A stretch of DNA of 64,000 nt, taken from an uncultured virus (IMG/VR IMGVR_UViG_3300014204_013755). Its lineage: Duplodnaviria; Heunggongvirae; Uroviricota; Caudoviricetes. The notes under the pieces are model-generated. The model was not told where the DNA came from. It worked only from the letters and a program-made list of their open reading frames with translations, and did no database searches. A program made the position numbers and the translations under genes. The DNA is taken from the IMG/VR virus record IMGVR_UViG_3300014204_013755. One strand, given 5' to 3'. This document shows, piece after piece, positions 63,999-64,000 of the stretch. Within the stretch, counting starts at the first letter, position 1, and every line of letters begins with the position of its first letter.

Positions 63999-64000
63999 AC

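Noticed and set aside
1..64000. Stop-codon reassignment (TAG or TGA)
   Set aside because: Long genes are intact in code 11, and TAG and TGA end well-packed genes (e.g. 2129, 16589, 18843).
1..64000. tRNA or rRNA genes
   Set aside because: No cloverleaf or T-loop signature noticed in intergenic gaps; tRNAscan-SE would be needed to exclude them.

Overview
AT-rich, gene-dense segment of a large (jumbo/huge-type) dsDNA phage using the standard genetic code. The host is probably Bacteroidota (TAnnTTTG promoter motifs, A-rich translation starts without Shine-Dalgarno sites). Recognisable genes include guaC, kptA, an M42 peptidase, ligA, a RuvC-like resolvase, def, NADAR, an NMNAT/MazG-like fusion, an intein-containing PurA-like enzyme beside a VWA protein, a partial class II RNR, tape-measure-like and large structural genes, and many small hypotheticals. 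Highlights: (1) a compact Cas12f1-like nuclease (~420 aa, RuvC D/E/D intact) followed by a structured intergenic region and a 5-repeat CRISPR array, with no cas1/cas2 in the window; (2) a second CRISPR-like array 26 kb away with no adjacent cas gene, whose first 36-bp repeat is the coding 3' end of a small gene, where the repeat-encoded peptide aligns with an array-less paralog; (3) a likely late regulon (TAATATATA motif) of proteins with a T4-like N-terminal capsid-targeting motif, several with ADP-ribosyltransferase-like motifs; (4) a family of small proteins sharing a C-terminal RxxK[IL]xx[IL] tag. All calls come from motif reading by eye; no searches were run.
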